From Candidatus Latescibacterota bacterium (GTDB lineage Bacteria > Latescibacterota > UBA2968 > GCA-2709665), in assembly GCA_965116875.1 (NCBI GenBank), contig OZ220733.1:1312001-1376000 (forward strand): a stretch of 64,000 bases of DNA, in the 5' to 3' direction. This document shows positions 30,157-40,664 of the stretch, one piece after another (the first letter of the stretch is position 1; each line of letters opens with the position of its first letter). The notes under the pieces are model-generated. The model did no database searches and was not told the origin of the DNA. It saw only the letters and a list, made by a program, of their open reading frames with translations. The position numbers and the translations under genes are program-made.

Positions 30157-30416
30157 GACAGTCCTTACGTGCGGCACGACCGTTCCTGTTTCGATTGCGC
30201 TCGCAGGTACAGGTGGCCCGACAACCTTCCGTGAAGTCTCCGCCGACACGTGAACATTGCTTTTTCGTAACAATTTCGTGACGAACATCTTCGAATGGAC
30301 CCGAAAGCCCACTTGCGTTTTTCGCAGATCAGGGTACAATAGGGGTAGAGAACAGGGAAAAGCCATCCGGCATCCCTTCGAATCGTTCCCTCTACATCCT
30401 TTATCGGGAGAATGAG

Positions 30417-32153
30417 ATGAGCCAAGGTGTCCGCAAGTTCATCGTCTTCGCCATCGCCCTCGTCGTATCCTGGATCGTCGGCGTCAACGTGGCCCCAACC
30501 TGGACCGTCGAACAGATCGCCCTCGATGCCCACAGCGATAGCGAAGGAAGGCTCTATTACATATACCGGGGAGAGCCGACTTATTTCCACCCCGTACCCT
30601 TCGAGGAGGCGCTGCTCAACCCCGAGCGAATGGAAGGCTCGCGCGAGACCCCGGAAGTGAAGAAGGAGTTTGTCTCCGTAGTCAGGCTGGAGGAGGGGGA
30701 GCCAAAGACCTTATATTATCAGCTGTTGGCCAAGCACCACTGGGGCTTCTGGTCCCTGCTTCCCGCGGTGGTCGCCGTGCTCCTGTGCTGGCTCACCCGG
30801 GAACCGGTTACCTCCCTCATCGGCGGCATTCTGTCCGGAGCCCTGGTGCTGACCCGCTATGACTTCACCGGCGACGTGCTCATCCCCTCGCTGGCCACGA
30901 CCAGCTCCGCCGGCGTTCTGCTTCTCTACCTGTGGCTGCTCGGCGGGCTGATGGGAATCTGGTCCCGGACGGGCGCCGCGCAGGCGTTCGCCGAACTCAT
31001 GACCGAACGCTTCGTGCGCGGCCCCCGAAGCGCCAAGCTCGTTTCCTGGATGCTTGGCGTCATCTTCTTCCAGGGGGGCACGGTCAGCACCGTGCTGGTC
31101 GGCACCACGGTCAAGCCGATCGCCGATACAGAAAAGGTCAGCCACGAAGAGCTCGCCTACATCGTCGATTCAACCGCCTCGCCGATCGCTTCACAGCTCG
31201 CTTTCAACGCCTGGCCCGGGTACATCCAGGCCTTCATCTTCGTCTCCGGGGTCGGCTTCCTCGCCACCGAGACGGACCGCATCGCCTTCTTCTTCCAGAG
31301 CGTACCGTTCTGCTTCTACGCGATCTTTGCCGTTCTCGGCACCTTTCTTCTGAGCGTAGAAAAGCCCCTGTTCCTCGGCAAGCGGCTCAAGGCGGCGATG
31401 GAACGCTCCCGCGCGACCGGTCGGCTCGACGCCGAGGGAGCGAATCCCCTCAGCGCGAAGGAGCTGCAGGGTAGCAACGTTCCCAAGGGTTACACCCCGC
31501 ACGTGATGGAGTTCTTCCTGCCACTGATTTCCCTCATCGGCATCGCCGTCGGCACCTTCATCGTCAGCGGCTCGCCCAACGTGCAGTGGGCCTTTGGAAC
31601 GGCCCTGGTGCTCGCCGCGGGGATGGCACTGGCCAAGGGGATGTCGCTGAAGGATCTCGTGGCGGGTTTCCACGACGGTCTCAAGGGGGTGGTGCTCGGC
31701 TCCGTCATTCTCCTGCTCGCCATCACCATCGGGGGGATCAACAAGGAGACGGGCGGCGGGATCTTTCTGGTCGAGCAGCTTGGGGAGGCAATTCCCTACT
31801 TCCTGCTGCCGGTGCTGCTTCAGATCATGACCATGGTCATCGCCTTCTCCACGGGGACGAGCTGGGGCACCTACGCCGTGGCCTTCCCGCTGGCCATGCC
31901 GCTGGCCTGGGCAGTGGCCGGGGCTCACGGGCTTTCCCATCCCGAGCTCTTCATGACCCTCTGCTTCGCCGCGGTGATGGATGGCAGCGTGTACGGCGAC
32001 CAGTGCTCGCCCATCTCCGACACCACCGTACTCAGCTCGATGTGCACCGGCTGCGACCTCATGGACCACGTCAAGACGCAGATACCCCAGGCGTCCATCG
32101 CGGCCTTCCTTGCGGCGATCTGCTGGACCGTCGTCGCCTTCTTCACCGCCTGA
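30417..32153 (+). CDS. NhaC-family Na+/H+ antiporter-like transporter
   Basis: LAYIVDSTASP, FSTGTSWGT, GDQCSPISDTTVLSS, DHVKTQIP; many TM helices. Confidence 0.9.
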   Translation: MSQGVRKFIVFAIALVVSWIVGVNVAPTWTVEQIALDAHSDSEGRLYYIYRGEPTYFHPVPFEEALLNPERMEGSRETPEVKKEFVSVVRLEEGEPKTLYYQLLAKHHWGFWSLLPAVVAVLLCWLTREPVTSLIGGILSGALVLTRYDFTGDVLIPSLATTSSAGVLLLYLWLLGGLMGIWSRTGAAQAFAELMTERFVRGPRSAKLVSWMLGVIFFQGGTVSTVLVGTTVKPIADTEKVSHEELAYIVDSTASPIASQLAFNAWPGYIQAFIFVSGVGFLATETDRIAFFFQSVPFCFYAIFAVLGTFLLSVEKPLFLGKRLKAAMERSRATGRLDAEGANPLSAKELQGSNVPKGYTPHVMEFFLPLISLIGIAVGTFIVSGSPNVQWAFGTALVLAAGMALAKGMSLKDLVAGFHDGLKGVVLGSVILLLAITIGGINKETGGGIFLVEQLGEAIPYFLLPVLLQIMTMVIAFSTGTSWGTYAVAFPLAMPLAWAVAGAHGLSHPELFMTLCFAAVMDGSVYGDQCSPISDTTVLSSMCTGCDLMDHVKTQIPQASIAAFLAAICWTVVAFFTA

Positions 32154-32289
32154 GAGGACGTGGGCGGGGCAATCCATCAGGCATGGCGCCGGCCGCGTTT
32201 TTCGTCGAAACGTGAGCGTCGGATTCACAAAAAAATTCCGCCCAAAGATAGCCAGGGGCGGAACTTGTCTGATTGTTGCTGAAATTCAC

Positions 32290-32658
32290 TCATTCGTCCG
32301 GATTCGGGCCCGGAGCGGGTGATTCGGTTCTCTCGGCCGCGTTCGAATCAGCACCTCCCTGATGTTCTCCGTTCTGCTGTTTCAATACGGCTTGCCTTCC
32401 TGCCTGATATCCCAGTTCGTAATTCCTCTTCTTGATAGACTCATATATACCGAGTACCATATCGACAATCTCCATGATAATAAACGACACCGAAACGGAA
32501 GACAGAACGATATTTCCTGAGCGCGTCACGATATCGAACAAGCCCTCCATTTTTCGTGCGTCGTAGTACCATAGTACGAGTCCTGCGATACAAAAAGCGA
32601 TGGATAGACCGGCAAAGATAACTCTATTTGTGACGCTCCAAACCGAAAGCCGGTCCAT
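32290..32658 (-). CDS. small hypothetical membrane protein
   Basis: 122 aa, two TM helices, amphipathic tail YELGYQAGRQA. Confidence 0.6.
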   Translation of the reverse strand: MDRLSVWSVTNRVIFAGLSIAFCIAGLVLWYYDARKMEGLFDIVTRSGNIVLSSVSVSFIIMEIVDMVLGIYESIKKRNYELGYQAGRQAVLKQQNGEHQGGADSNAAERTESPAPGPNPDE

Positions 32659-32724
32659 TTTGCTCTTTCACAAAGTTACAGCTATCCAAGCCGGATGTCA
32701 ACCATGTCATCGGCGTGACGCAGG

Positions 32725-35640
32725 CTACGTGCGGTTCCGCCCGATTCCTTTGAAAACCGACGAACGTACTGGCCGCTTTTTCAGGTCATTCCGCGTATGT
32801 CTGCAGTCCGGCCAGTTCGAACAACCGATAAACCTTCCGTATTTTCCACGCTTCTCCAGCAGCCATCCTGAGCACCTGGGACATCCCTCAACGGCCTTCC
32901 GGCAGTCCCGGCAACGGTAGTTTCCGTCGACTTTCGCCTGTACTCCAGTCCCGCAATGGGGACACGCCGGCTGTCGATACTCGCAATACGGCCAGAGAGA
33001 GCAACCGTAGAAGATCCCCCTGTCCTGAGCCCTGCCTCTCCGCTCCAGCCGTCCGTGAATGCATTTGGGGCACGGTACATCCTGTTCCGGTTGCTCGCCA
33101 TGAACCGTTACGTCATAGCCGTCCTTCATCAACTCCTCGACGAAGGTTGAAGGAGTCCGGTTATCGGCAATGAGATAGACGCCGCGCCTCGCGCGAGTGA
33201 CGGCGACGTAGAACAGGCGGCGCTCCTCGGCATATGGAAATGCTTCCGGCGCGGCCAGAACGAGATCCAGCAGCGGGTCGTCAACGATCCCGGCGGGAAA
33301 GCCGTACTTGCCGGCGCACAGGTCGAGCACCACCACATAGTCGGCCTCAAGGCCTTTGGAGCCGTGTACAGTCATGAACGAGAGTCGAAGATTGGAATGT
33401 GCTCGCGACAATGTTTCCATATTCCCGGGCGTGTTGTGCCGGTACCGGCCCAGCAGCAGTACCGTCGCGCGCTCGTCGTCCCCGTCTGCGTGAGCGGCAA
33501 CGGCATTCAACGTCTCCGCCAGAGGATCGGGACTGGTTTCCCGGGCGATCATTACGTGCACGCATGGACCGTCTGCATGAAAGATGGACGAAACCTGCTT
33601 GTGGATCTGCGCGGGGTTGCTGAGTACGAATCGGCTCGCGAGATCGGCGATACGGTCCGCGCATCTGAACGTCGTTTCCAGGTTGACGCGTTCGCTCTCG
33701 CCAAAGCGTTCCGTAAACTCTCGCATGATGGCGATGTCCGAACCCGCAAACCGGAAGATGGCCTGCCAATCGTCGCCCACTGCAAACAGCTGCGCGGTGC
33801 TCGACGTGTCCAGCAATGCCCTCAGCAATCCCGCTCTCCCGGCGGAAATATCCTGAAACTCATCGACGAGTATGTAGCCGAACCGGTTGCGGTAACGCCC
33901 GCTCCGCACGTGCTCCGTCGCGTTCGTAATCATGTCGTGGAAGTCGATTTGCCGCTGCCGCGAAAGCGATTCCTGGTAACGCTCATATACAGGAATGAAA
34001 ACAGTCAGGAAGGCCTCGGCCCGAGGCCGGTTTTCAGCCCCGGCGGCGCGACGGGCCACGTCGTCTGCCGAGAGTTGCGCGCCCTTGTAATGATGGAGGA
34101 AGGTCGCAATCAGACGTGTGAAAGGTTCGATTCGACCCTGCTCTTCAAGGACGGAGAATGTCTCCCCGGACGGGATCGGAGATAGCGTTACCCCATGTTC
34201 GGCCAGTTTTTCCGCCAGGTTCTCGGTCAGTCTGCCCGCATGTTTCTCGTAACTGTAGGTCTCTACGAGAACGGTGCCATGTTTCGCATGCAGGCGCCTT
34301 TTCCAGGCAAGCGACCTGAGATATTTACCGCGATCGATAAACGGAGGGGTTTGGTTCGATTCCGAGAGTGCAAGATGTTCAATGTATATCCCCGCGTCCG
34401 GAAGGTAGAAATCGGGTTGGTACTGTCTCTTGTCCGGCGTGGCGGTTTCGTGTTCGTAGTCGCGTTCGTACTCATAGGGCACACCGTTGAGGTAGAGGAA
34501 GTTGGCAATCTCGCATTCTTCGAAACTCTTGAGCTTCTCTCCCTGGAGGGAACGGACTTCATTGTCCCGGAGATACGCCCAATACGCTCCCTGAGTCCGG
34601 AATTCGAACTCGCTTCGGTACGGAGCAAAATGGCCCGCGAACCATTTGAGCATGACCTCTGAAAATCCGGGGTCGGCGAGGAGATCGCGAACGATCCCCT
34701 TCAGCAGGTCGAACAGGGCCTGATTATCGACCGCGGCCCTGGCCACCGCCGGGCGCCTGCGTTCCGCCTCGCCGATGATGGACATGCCCAGGCTGTGGAA
34801 GGTTCGGACCGTGAGTTTGTCGCACAACTCAACGCCGAGGCGTTTCCGGATCCTGTCCACCATTTCTTCCTGGGCGTCTTTGGCGAATGCCAGGAGAAGC
34901 AGTTCCGATGGGCGCCGGTAACCCTTCCGAATGAGCCAGCCCGCCTTGGCAACGATGACCGACGTCTTGCCGCTTCCGGCGGCTGCAACGACCAGGTTGC
35001 GGTCTTCATCGACGACAACCGCTCTCCGTTGCTCGTCCGTGAGCGGTCTTGCCTCCACGCTGTCGAAGAATTCCCCGGACCGCACCAGTTCATTGGCCAC
35101 AAAGGCGTGGCAGGCTCTCGTCCGGCAACGTTCGGAATCGTCCGTGAATTCCTGAATCGCCTTCAGCATTCGGATTTCCGCGACGTCCGACAGCTGTTCG
35201 GGCCACCGAGCGGGGAACCGGGCGGCCACGTCTCTGGCAGCACGTTCGATCGGGGCAAAGACGGTACGCGACACGTACCGCGGCGGGTCGCCAAGCTGCG
35301 CCAGGCGGTTGGTAACGGATTGAATCGCCCCGGCATGCGCATCCAGGGCGCCTCGCCACCAGTCGACTCTCGCTCGCAAGAGTGCTTTTCCCAGAAACTG
35401 CGCGTCCGGTTTCGAGAGTCCGGATACCGTCGCATTGCCGGAGGCGAAACGTACCTGCAATCCTCCCCAAAACCACCCGTGCGTCACCTCCGAGATCTCG
35501 ATTTCCCGAATGGGGACAGCCATCGACCCGGACGGTCGCTCCAGGTTCAACGATTCGCCGTTCAATGTGACCGCTCCGGCATGTCCCGGACGCAGAAACG
35601 GGAACACGTACGAGGCCAGGCCGGATCGTCCGACGCGCAT
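32725..35640 (-). CDS. helD: UvrD-family DNA helicase IV-like protein with C-terminal zinc ribbons
   Basis: AAAGSGKT, DEFQD, VGDDWQAIFRF, EERRLFYVAVTRAR; C-terminal CxxC ribbons (GRFIGCSNWPDC); start uncertain, 35640 or 35688. Confidence 0.85.
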   Translation of the reverse strand: MRVGRSGLASYVFPFLRPGHAGAVTLNGESLNLERPSGSMAVPIREIEISEVTHGWFWGGLQVRFASGNATVSGLSKPDAQFLGKALLRARVDWWRGALDAHAGAIQSVTNRLAQLGDPPRYVSRTVFAPIERAARDVAARFPARWPEQLSDVAEIRMLKAIQEFTDDSERCRTRACHAFVANELVRSGEFFDSVEARPLTDEQRRAVVVDEDRNLVVAAAGSGKTSVIVAKAGWLIRKGYRRPSELLLLAFAKDAQEEMVDRIRKRLGVELCDKLTVRTFHSLGMSIIGEAERRRPAVARAAVDNQALFDLLKGIVRDLLADPGFSEVMLKWFAGHFAPYRSEFEFRTQGAYWAYLRDNEVRSLQGEKLKSFEECEIANFLYLNGVPYEYERDYEHETATPDKRQYQPDFYLPDAGIYIEHLALSESNQTPPFIDRGKYLRSLAWKRRLHAKHGTVLVETYSYEKHAGRLTENLAEKLAEHGVTLSPIPSGETFSVLEEQGRIEPFTRLIATFLHHYKGAQLSADDVARRAAGAENRPRAEAFLTVFIPVYERYQESLSRQRQIDFHDMITNATEHVRSGRYRNRFGYILVDEFQDISAGRAGLLRALLDTSSTAQLFAVGDDWQAIFRFAGSDIAIMREFTERFGESERVNLETTFRCADRIADLASRFVLSNPAQIHKQVSSIFHADGPCVHVMIARETSPDPLAETLNAVAAHADGDDERATVLLLGRYRHNTPGNMETLSRAHSNLRLSFMTVHGSKGLEADYVVVLDLCAGKYGFPAGIVDDPLLDLVLAAPEAFPYAEERRLFYVAVTRARRGVYLIADNRTPSTFVEELMKDGYDVTVHGEQPEQDVPCPKCIHGRLERRGRAQDRGIFYGCSLWPYCEYRQPACPHCGTGVQAKVDGNYRCRDCRKAVEGCPRCSGWLLEKRGKYGRFIGCSNWPDCRHTRNDLKKRPVRSSVFKGIGRNRT

Positions 35641-35921
35641 GGGTCCTCTGGGGGTTGAATTACGTCTGTGGGCGCGGGCCATGGCCATGTATGATTTCCG
35701 CACACGCGAAGTACATCGGATGACGCGGCATCCTTTTCTAGAGCGTGGCCTTCTGGCGCACGCGAAATGTCGCCCGGAAGTCTCTCCATTCCGGGTTGGG
35801 CGGGTATTTTCCTGCAAAAAGCACGCCAAGTCGCCGAACCATCCGCAAAACGCGTCGGTGGCTTGTCGGCGAAAGCTGTCATCCTGAAGAGGCCGACACG
35901 CAGGCACCAGGCTGACCGCGC

Positions 35922-36009
35922 AATCATTCCCCCTTTGAGGGGGAGTCGCAAGAGCCGAGCCGATCCCTGAGCTTGTCGAAGGGCCGGCGGCGGCTGATGC
36001 GGTGGGGGA
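35922..36009. repeat. about 90-bp palindromic element; inverted copy at 38752-38840
   Basis: CCCCCTTTGAGGGGGGAG hairpin plus CCCTGAGCTTGTCGAAGGG; matches the reverse complement of 38752-38840. Confidence 0.8.
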
Positions 36010-36367
36010 CGTCAGCCCCTCGACACGACCGGCACGCTGAGGAAATCTCCAGGCTGAGGATGTGTCCGCACACGCTTCGGTCTCTGCCCCGATCGGGACC
36101 AAAGGCCATCCCGCTTCGAATTCCCCCTTTGTTTTCCGTTGACACGCTTCCGCAAACCCGCTTTCTTTCGCATTCGGCGTCCGCGTCCGCCCTCACGAGT
36201 GATCCACCCTGCTTCCCGAAACCTCGAAACCGATGGCGATCTCAGTCGAGAATCGTATACTCCCTCACAATGCGGTTCTTCCTCGAACAGGCGCAATCCG
36301 GCACGCGTATGACTGTTCACGTGTAAACCGTCCCTTGAGACGTTTTTTTCAGTCGAAAGGCCATTGA

Positions 36368-37168
36368 ATGGAAACCGTACGCGACAGGCTCTGGATCTTC
36401 ACCTGTGTGGCCGGATCGGACAATGACTCGCTGACTTCCGCCGGGTACACGCAGGGCTCCCGGATGACGCCCGCCGAAGGGGCGTTGTTTCTTGACGTTC
36501 CCAACCTCCATATGATCCGGTGGCGCGGCCTGCCCGCGTACCCGTACGATCAGTTCGCCGTTACCCTTTCCTCACTGAAACAGGTCACCTGGTCCATCGT
36601 GGGCAGCGGCGGGCAGGTGGAAGGGGACGAACTGCAACGCGTGCTGGACCTTGCCGGAAGCCATCCCAACGTCACCGGCGTCTATCTGGACGACTTCATG
36701 CGAAAGAACGGCAGGGGAGCCCTCAGCGTGGACGACCTCGCCGGCATTCGTCCCAGACTGGACGTTGCCGGCAGAAGGCTGGACCTCTGGGTCGTCCTTT
36801 ACATCAGGCAACTCGACCTTCCGGTTGCGCCCTACCTTGAATACTGCGACGTGGTCAATCTCTGGACCTGGAACTCCGACGAACTGAAGGACCTTGAACG
36901 GAATCTGGACCGGCTGGAAGCAATCAATCCCGGCGGCAGGGTTTCCCTGGGGTGCTATCTCTGGGACTTCCACAACCGGCGCCCGGTCTCCATTCCGCAG
37001 ATGGAACACCAGTGCGAACTGGGGCTCCGGTGGCTCCGGGACGGCCGCATTGAAAGCATCGTTTTCCTGGCCAATACCACCTGCGACATAGGGATCGAAT
37101 CCGCGCCCTGGGCGCAGGCTTGGATCAGAAGAGTCGGCGATTTACCGCTTGACGCTGTCAAGGAATGA
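36368..37168 (+). CDS. hypothetical protein, possible TIM-barrel glycoside hydrolase-like
   Basis: 266 aa; HPNVTGVYLDDF, LWVVLY and LGCYLWD beta/alpha-like motifs. Confidence 0.6.
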   Translation: METVRDRLWIFTCVAGSDNDSLTSAGYTQGSRMTPAEGALFLDVPNLHMIRWRGLPAYPYDQFAVTLSSLKQVTWSIVGSGGQVEGDELQRVLDLAGSHPNVTGVYLDDFMRKNGRGALSVDDLAGIRPRLDVAGRRLDLWVVLYIRQLDLPVAPYLEYCDVVNLWTWNSDELKDLERNLDRLEAINPGGRVSLGCYLWDFHNRRPVSIPQMEHQCELGLRWLRDGRIESIVFLANTTCDIGIESAPWAQAWIRRVGDLPLDAVKE

Positions 37169-37188
37169 ACCGGACGCGCGATACAATG

Positions 37189-37345
37189 GCCACAAAAAGC
37201 ACAGAACGAACAAAGCAGTACGGAAACGGCCACAATCGCGTCAAGAGTTTCGCGGCCATCAAACGAATGCCTGGGTCGCTGCACTGCAGAACTGAAACTG
37301 AATTTGGTAAGACGTGATCTTTTGTGTTTTTGTGCCTTTTGTGGC
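37189..37345. repeat. A-rich inverted-repeat element (CCACAAAAAGCAC family)
   Basis: gccacaaaaagcacag ... tttgtgccttttgtggc. Confidence 0.7.
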
Positions 37346-37399
37346 AATTGCTTTTACGCCCCAAAACAGTTCACGCCGGAAATCGAGGAGACCACCAGA

Positions 37400-38668
37400 A
37401 TGAAAAACTGCGAGCGAGTTGGCGCCGGTGTTGGCAAAAGCACCCATATACCGAGCGACGGCCTTCACGCGTTCTACGCGGGCGGCCAGACGTACACGGG
37501 CGCGACGGGTGAGAGAATGGTCGAAACCGTGACGTCCGAGCTCCTCCAGTGGGTGAATCACGACGACGGACGTACGACCCTGGACGCCTGCTACGACGGC
37601 ACCTGGGTGAGGGTGTCGGACGACAACGGATCGCAGTGGACGGATCTGGGACCCAGGGTACGTTTCGACGTTGGTATCGCGGAGGAGCAGTTGATGCCGG
37701 CGGGATTCAGCCTGGATACGAAGAACGACATCCTGCTGCGGTTCTACCGGGGGCAAAGGGCCGACAGGCGTTGTTACGGCTACATCGATCAGGGCGCCTA
37801 CCGGGCATTTTACAGCTTATCCGCAGATCAGGGTGCGACGTGGAGCGATCCCGTCCAGATTATCGCCCGGGGGGACGGTTTCAACGCGGACCGCTGGGGG
37901 CCGGGTTTCGAGTACGGCGTTCGCGGTGCGATACTCAACGGGAGCCACTGCATCTGGATGGAAGACGGGTCCGTGCTGGCGCCGTTCACGGAGTACGAAC
38001 GGCTGGACGGTTCCAGACCCTGGTACTTCCGGGTGGTCTGCGCGAGGGGATTCTGGAAGGAAGACCGGAGCGGGTTCGACTGGGAATTCGGGGATTTTAT
38101 CGAGGTACCGGCCGAGAAAGCGAGCGTCGGATGCTGCGAACCCTCCATCACGGCGCTGGAATCAGGCGCATTGTTCGTCACCATGAGATGTCAGGGAAAC
38201 GAGGCCACGGGCCACCATACCATCCCCTATACCGCCGTTTCGGAAGACGGCGGGATGAACTGGTCGCAGCCGGATCCGCTGCTGTACGACGACGGCACGA
38301 ACGTCTGGACGCCCGCCTCCTGTACGGCCTTTTATGATTCGTCCGTTACCGGCAAGACCTACTGGATCGCCAATATCCTGGAGGGCCCGGTGTACGGGCA
38401 GATCCCTCGATATCCGCTGCAGATTGCTGAATTCGACACACGCAATGCGTGTATCGTAAAGGACTCGGTCCGGCTGATTCAGGACAGACCCGACGATGCG
38501 CACGAAAACGTGAGATATACCAACTTCGGGTGGTACGAAGACAGAAGGACCGGTCGGCTGATGATCACGCTTCCCGAGCAGTACCGCCGCATGGGTTGGG
38601 ACGACATGGAAAAGCCGGAGGACTTCGCGGCGGATTGCGTCAAATACACGGTGGATATTGGCGGATAG
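37400..38668 (+). CDS. BNR/Asp-box sialidase-like protein
   Basis: Asp boxes SDDNGSQW, SADQGATW and SEDGGMNW; CCEP motif; GAGGAG RBS. Confidence 0.8.
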   Translation: MKNCERVGAGVGKSTHIPSDGLHAFYAGGQTYTGATGERMVETVTSELLQWVNHDDGRTTLDACYDGTWVRVSDDNGSQWTDLGPRVRFDVGIAEEQLMPAGFSLDTKNDILLRFYRGQRADRRCYGYIDQGAYRAFYSLSADQGATWSDPVQIIARGDGFNADRWGPGFEYGVRGAILNGSHCIWMEDGSVLAPFTEYERLDGSRPWYFRVVCARGFWKEDRSGFDWEFGDFIEVPAEKASVGCCEPSITALESGALFVTMRCQGNEATGHHTIPYTAVSEDGGMNWSQPDPLLYDDGTNVWTPASCTAFYDSSVTGKTYWIANILEGPVYGQIPRYPLQIAEFDTRNACIVKDSVRLIQDRPDDAHENVRYTNFGWYEDRRTGRLMITLPEQYRRMGWDDMEKPEDFAADCVKYTVDIGG

Positions 38669-38751
38669 GCGGTTGGTACAATGAACGTGCAATTCCTGGG
38701 CGGCGCCTTTCTCTGAGCGGCGGGTAGACAGAAGACAATATGGTGTCAGAA

Positions 38752-38840
38752 TCCCCCCACCGCATCAGCCGTCGCCGGCCCTTCGACAAGCTCAGGGAAC
38801 GGCTCGGCTTCCGCGACTCCCCCTCAAGGGGGGAGTAATT
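38752..38840. repeat. about 90-bp palindromic element between convergent genes
   Basis: Inverted copy of 35922-36009. Confidence 0.8.
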
Positions 38841-38927
38841 GGTCCATCAAACGGGCGCGCGCGTTTCCTACCGCCTATTTGGTGGCGGCCGAGCAAGACG
38901 AAGCCGCGCACGGCGTCCGTCAGAAAA

Positions 38928-40619
38928 TCATTCAGCGTATCGGGAGATGAGATCCGCAGCGGCCTCATCTCCTTTTTTATTCGCCCAGGCGAGGGGCGTA
39001 GCCCAATCCGCGCCGGCCAGCGTGGGGTCGGCTCCGCGTTCGAGGTACAGTCGGGCCAGTTCGTGCTTGCCCCATCTGACTGCCCAGCCCAGCGGCGTGG
39101 ATTGAAGCAGGTCGTCGATAACGTTCAGATCGGCGCCGTGGTCGAGAAGGATGGTGGCAAACACAGCCCGTTCGCGCTCGGTCATAATGGGTTCGCCCCA
39201 GACGATCCCGCAGGCCGCCAGGTGGTGCGCCAGCCGGTACCCGAAACGCCCGACGAGATTGGGACTCACGCCGTGACTCAGGATCATCCGGAAGATTTCG
39301 GGATAGACCGTCCGGTCAAAGTCGCGGAACTTGCGGTGTGGGTTGGTCCGCCACAGGCGCAACGGCTGCTCCAGCAGGCCGAACCAGCGACCGTCATCGG
39401 GTCCCCAGTCGAGTTGCCGCAGGCACATCCCCACAATATCGGGGTCGCCGCCGCATCCGGCTGCCCAGAGCAGCTTCTCCGCGATCGACGGGTCGTTATG
39501 AAGGGCGACGGCCGCGGCAGCGGTTTCAGCCTCGAGCCCGATGGTGCCGTGATCCAGTACGCCTCCGTATCGAAAAAGCAGTCCCTTCATCTTCTCGTCG
39601 CGGTTGTTGTACGCCGCGCCCACGGGATTGGCGCTGGCATAGATGCTGGCGTTGGGATCGGCGCCGCGCTCGAGCAGGAGTTCAGCGATTTCATATCGGG
39701 AATTGCCCGCCGCATTGGACAGGGGCTGGCCCCATGAATACGGCTTCGATTCGTAGTGGTGCAGCTGATGCCTGTCGTCCGGGTGCAGACCCAGGTCCAG
39801 CAGCAAACGTACCATGTCGACGTCGTCATTCTGAACGGCGATCGTCAGAAGGCCGTTGCGCTCACTGTCGTCGGACTGAAAGCGTTCGGGATGCGCCTTC
39901 GCGAACGTACGAACAAACTCGAAATCCCCCAGGGCGACGGCCGATTCAATGGATTGCTCGCATCCCGCCCGCAGCAGGATGCCCGCGCAGATCAGACACC
40001 CTTCGTTGAGCGGCCTGTTTCGCCCGCGTACGTTAAGGACCGCGCCGTCGAGGGGCGATTGACCTTCCGGCGTGAGATGACCGATATCGGCGCCGCGATC
40101 GAGCAGTTCGCGAACCAGCCGGTAACGGCCGTGCGACGCGGCCGCGTGAATCACGCTGCCCCCATCGCGATGACACGCGTCCAGAAGACCGGGGTGCCGA
40201 TCCAGTATTTCGAGCGCGGCCTCGTCCCGACCCTCCCGGACGGCATCGAAAAGCGCATCGTTTTCCTCGGTAATCGTGATGTTCTTACAGGCGGCCAGCT
40301 TGCGTTTTTCGTCCTCTTCCCTGATTACGTGGACGATGTCGTCCAGGCCGCGTTCCCGCGCCATGGTAAACGCGCCGGTGGCATCGCGGTGGGGATAGAT
40401 GCCCGAGTTGTGGTCCGCCCCCGCTTCCATGAGAACACGTACCGCATCGACGTGGCGGTTCATCACCGCGTAATGAATCGCGCGGTGTTCGTTGTTTTCG
40501 GCCATGTGTACGTTCACCAGATCGGGCTGTTCGTCGAGAATGTGTTGAATCCTCGAGACATCGCCGTTGGCTGCAGCCTCACAGAGATCGGCCACCCTGT
40601 AAACGCCATTTGTCGTCAT
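38928..40619 (-). CDS. ankyrin repeat protein
   Basis: Multiple ankyrin motifs (AIHYAV...LMEAGAD, TPLGWAV...LERGADP). Confidence 0.9.
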   Translation of the reverse strand: MTTNGVYRVADLCEAAANGDVSRIQHILDEQPDLVNVHMAENNEHRAIHYAVMNRHVDAVRVLMEAGADHNSGIYPHRDATGAFTMARERGLDDIVHVIREEDEKRKLAACKNITITEENDALFDAVREGRDEAALEILDRHPGLLDACHRDGGSVIHAAASHGRYRLVRELLDRGADIGHLTPEGQSPLDGAVLNVRGRNRPLNEGCLICAGILLRAGCEQSIESAVALGDFEFVRTFAKAHPERFQSDDSERNGLLTIAVQNDDVDMVRLLLDLGLHPDDRHQLHHYESKPYSWGQPLSNAAGNSRYEIAELLLERGADPNASIYASANPVGAAYNNRDEKMKGLLFRYGGVLDHGTIGLEAETAAAAVALHNDPSIAEKLLWAAGCGGDPDIVGMCLRQLDWGPDDGRWFGLLEQPLRLWRTNPHRKFRDFDRTVYPEIFRMILSHGVSPNLVGRFGYRLAHHLAACGIVWGEPIMTERERAVFATILLDHGADLNVIDDLLQSTPLGWAVRWGKHELARLYLERGADPTLAGADWATPLAWANKKGDEAAADLISRYAE

Positions 40620-40664
40620 ATCTGTTCCTTTTGGGTTTGCCGTTCATCCAATGCCGCGATCGGA

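Noticed and set aside
35689-36102. N-terminal extension of the 1125-aa helicase ORF
   Set aside because: It translates through palindromic repeat elements; the real start is more likely 35640 or 35688
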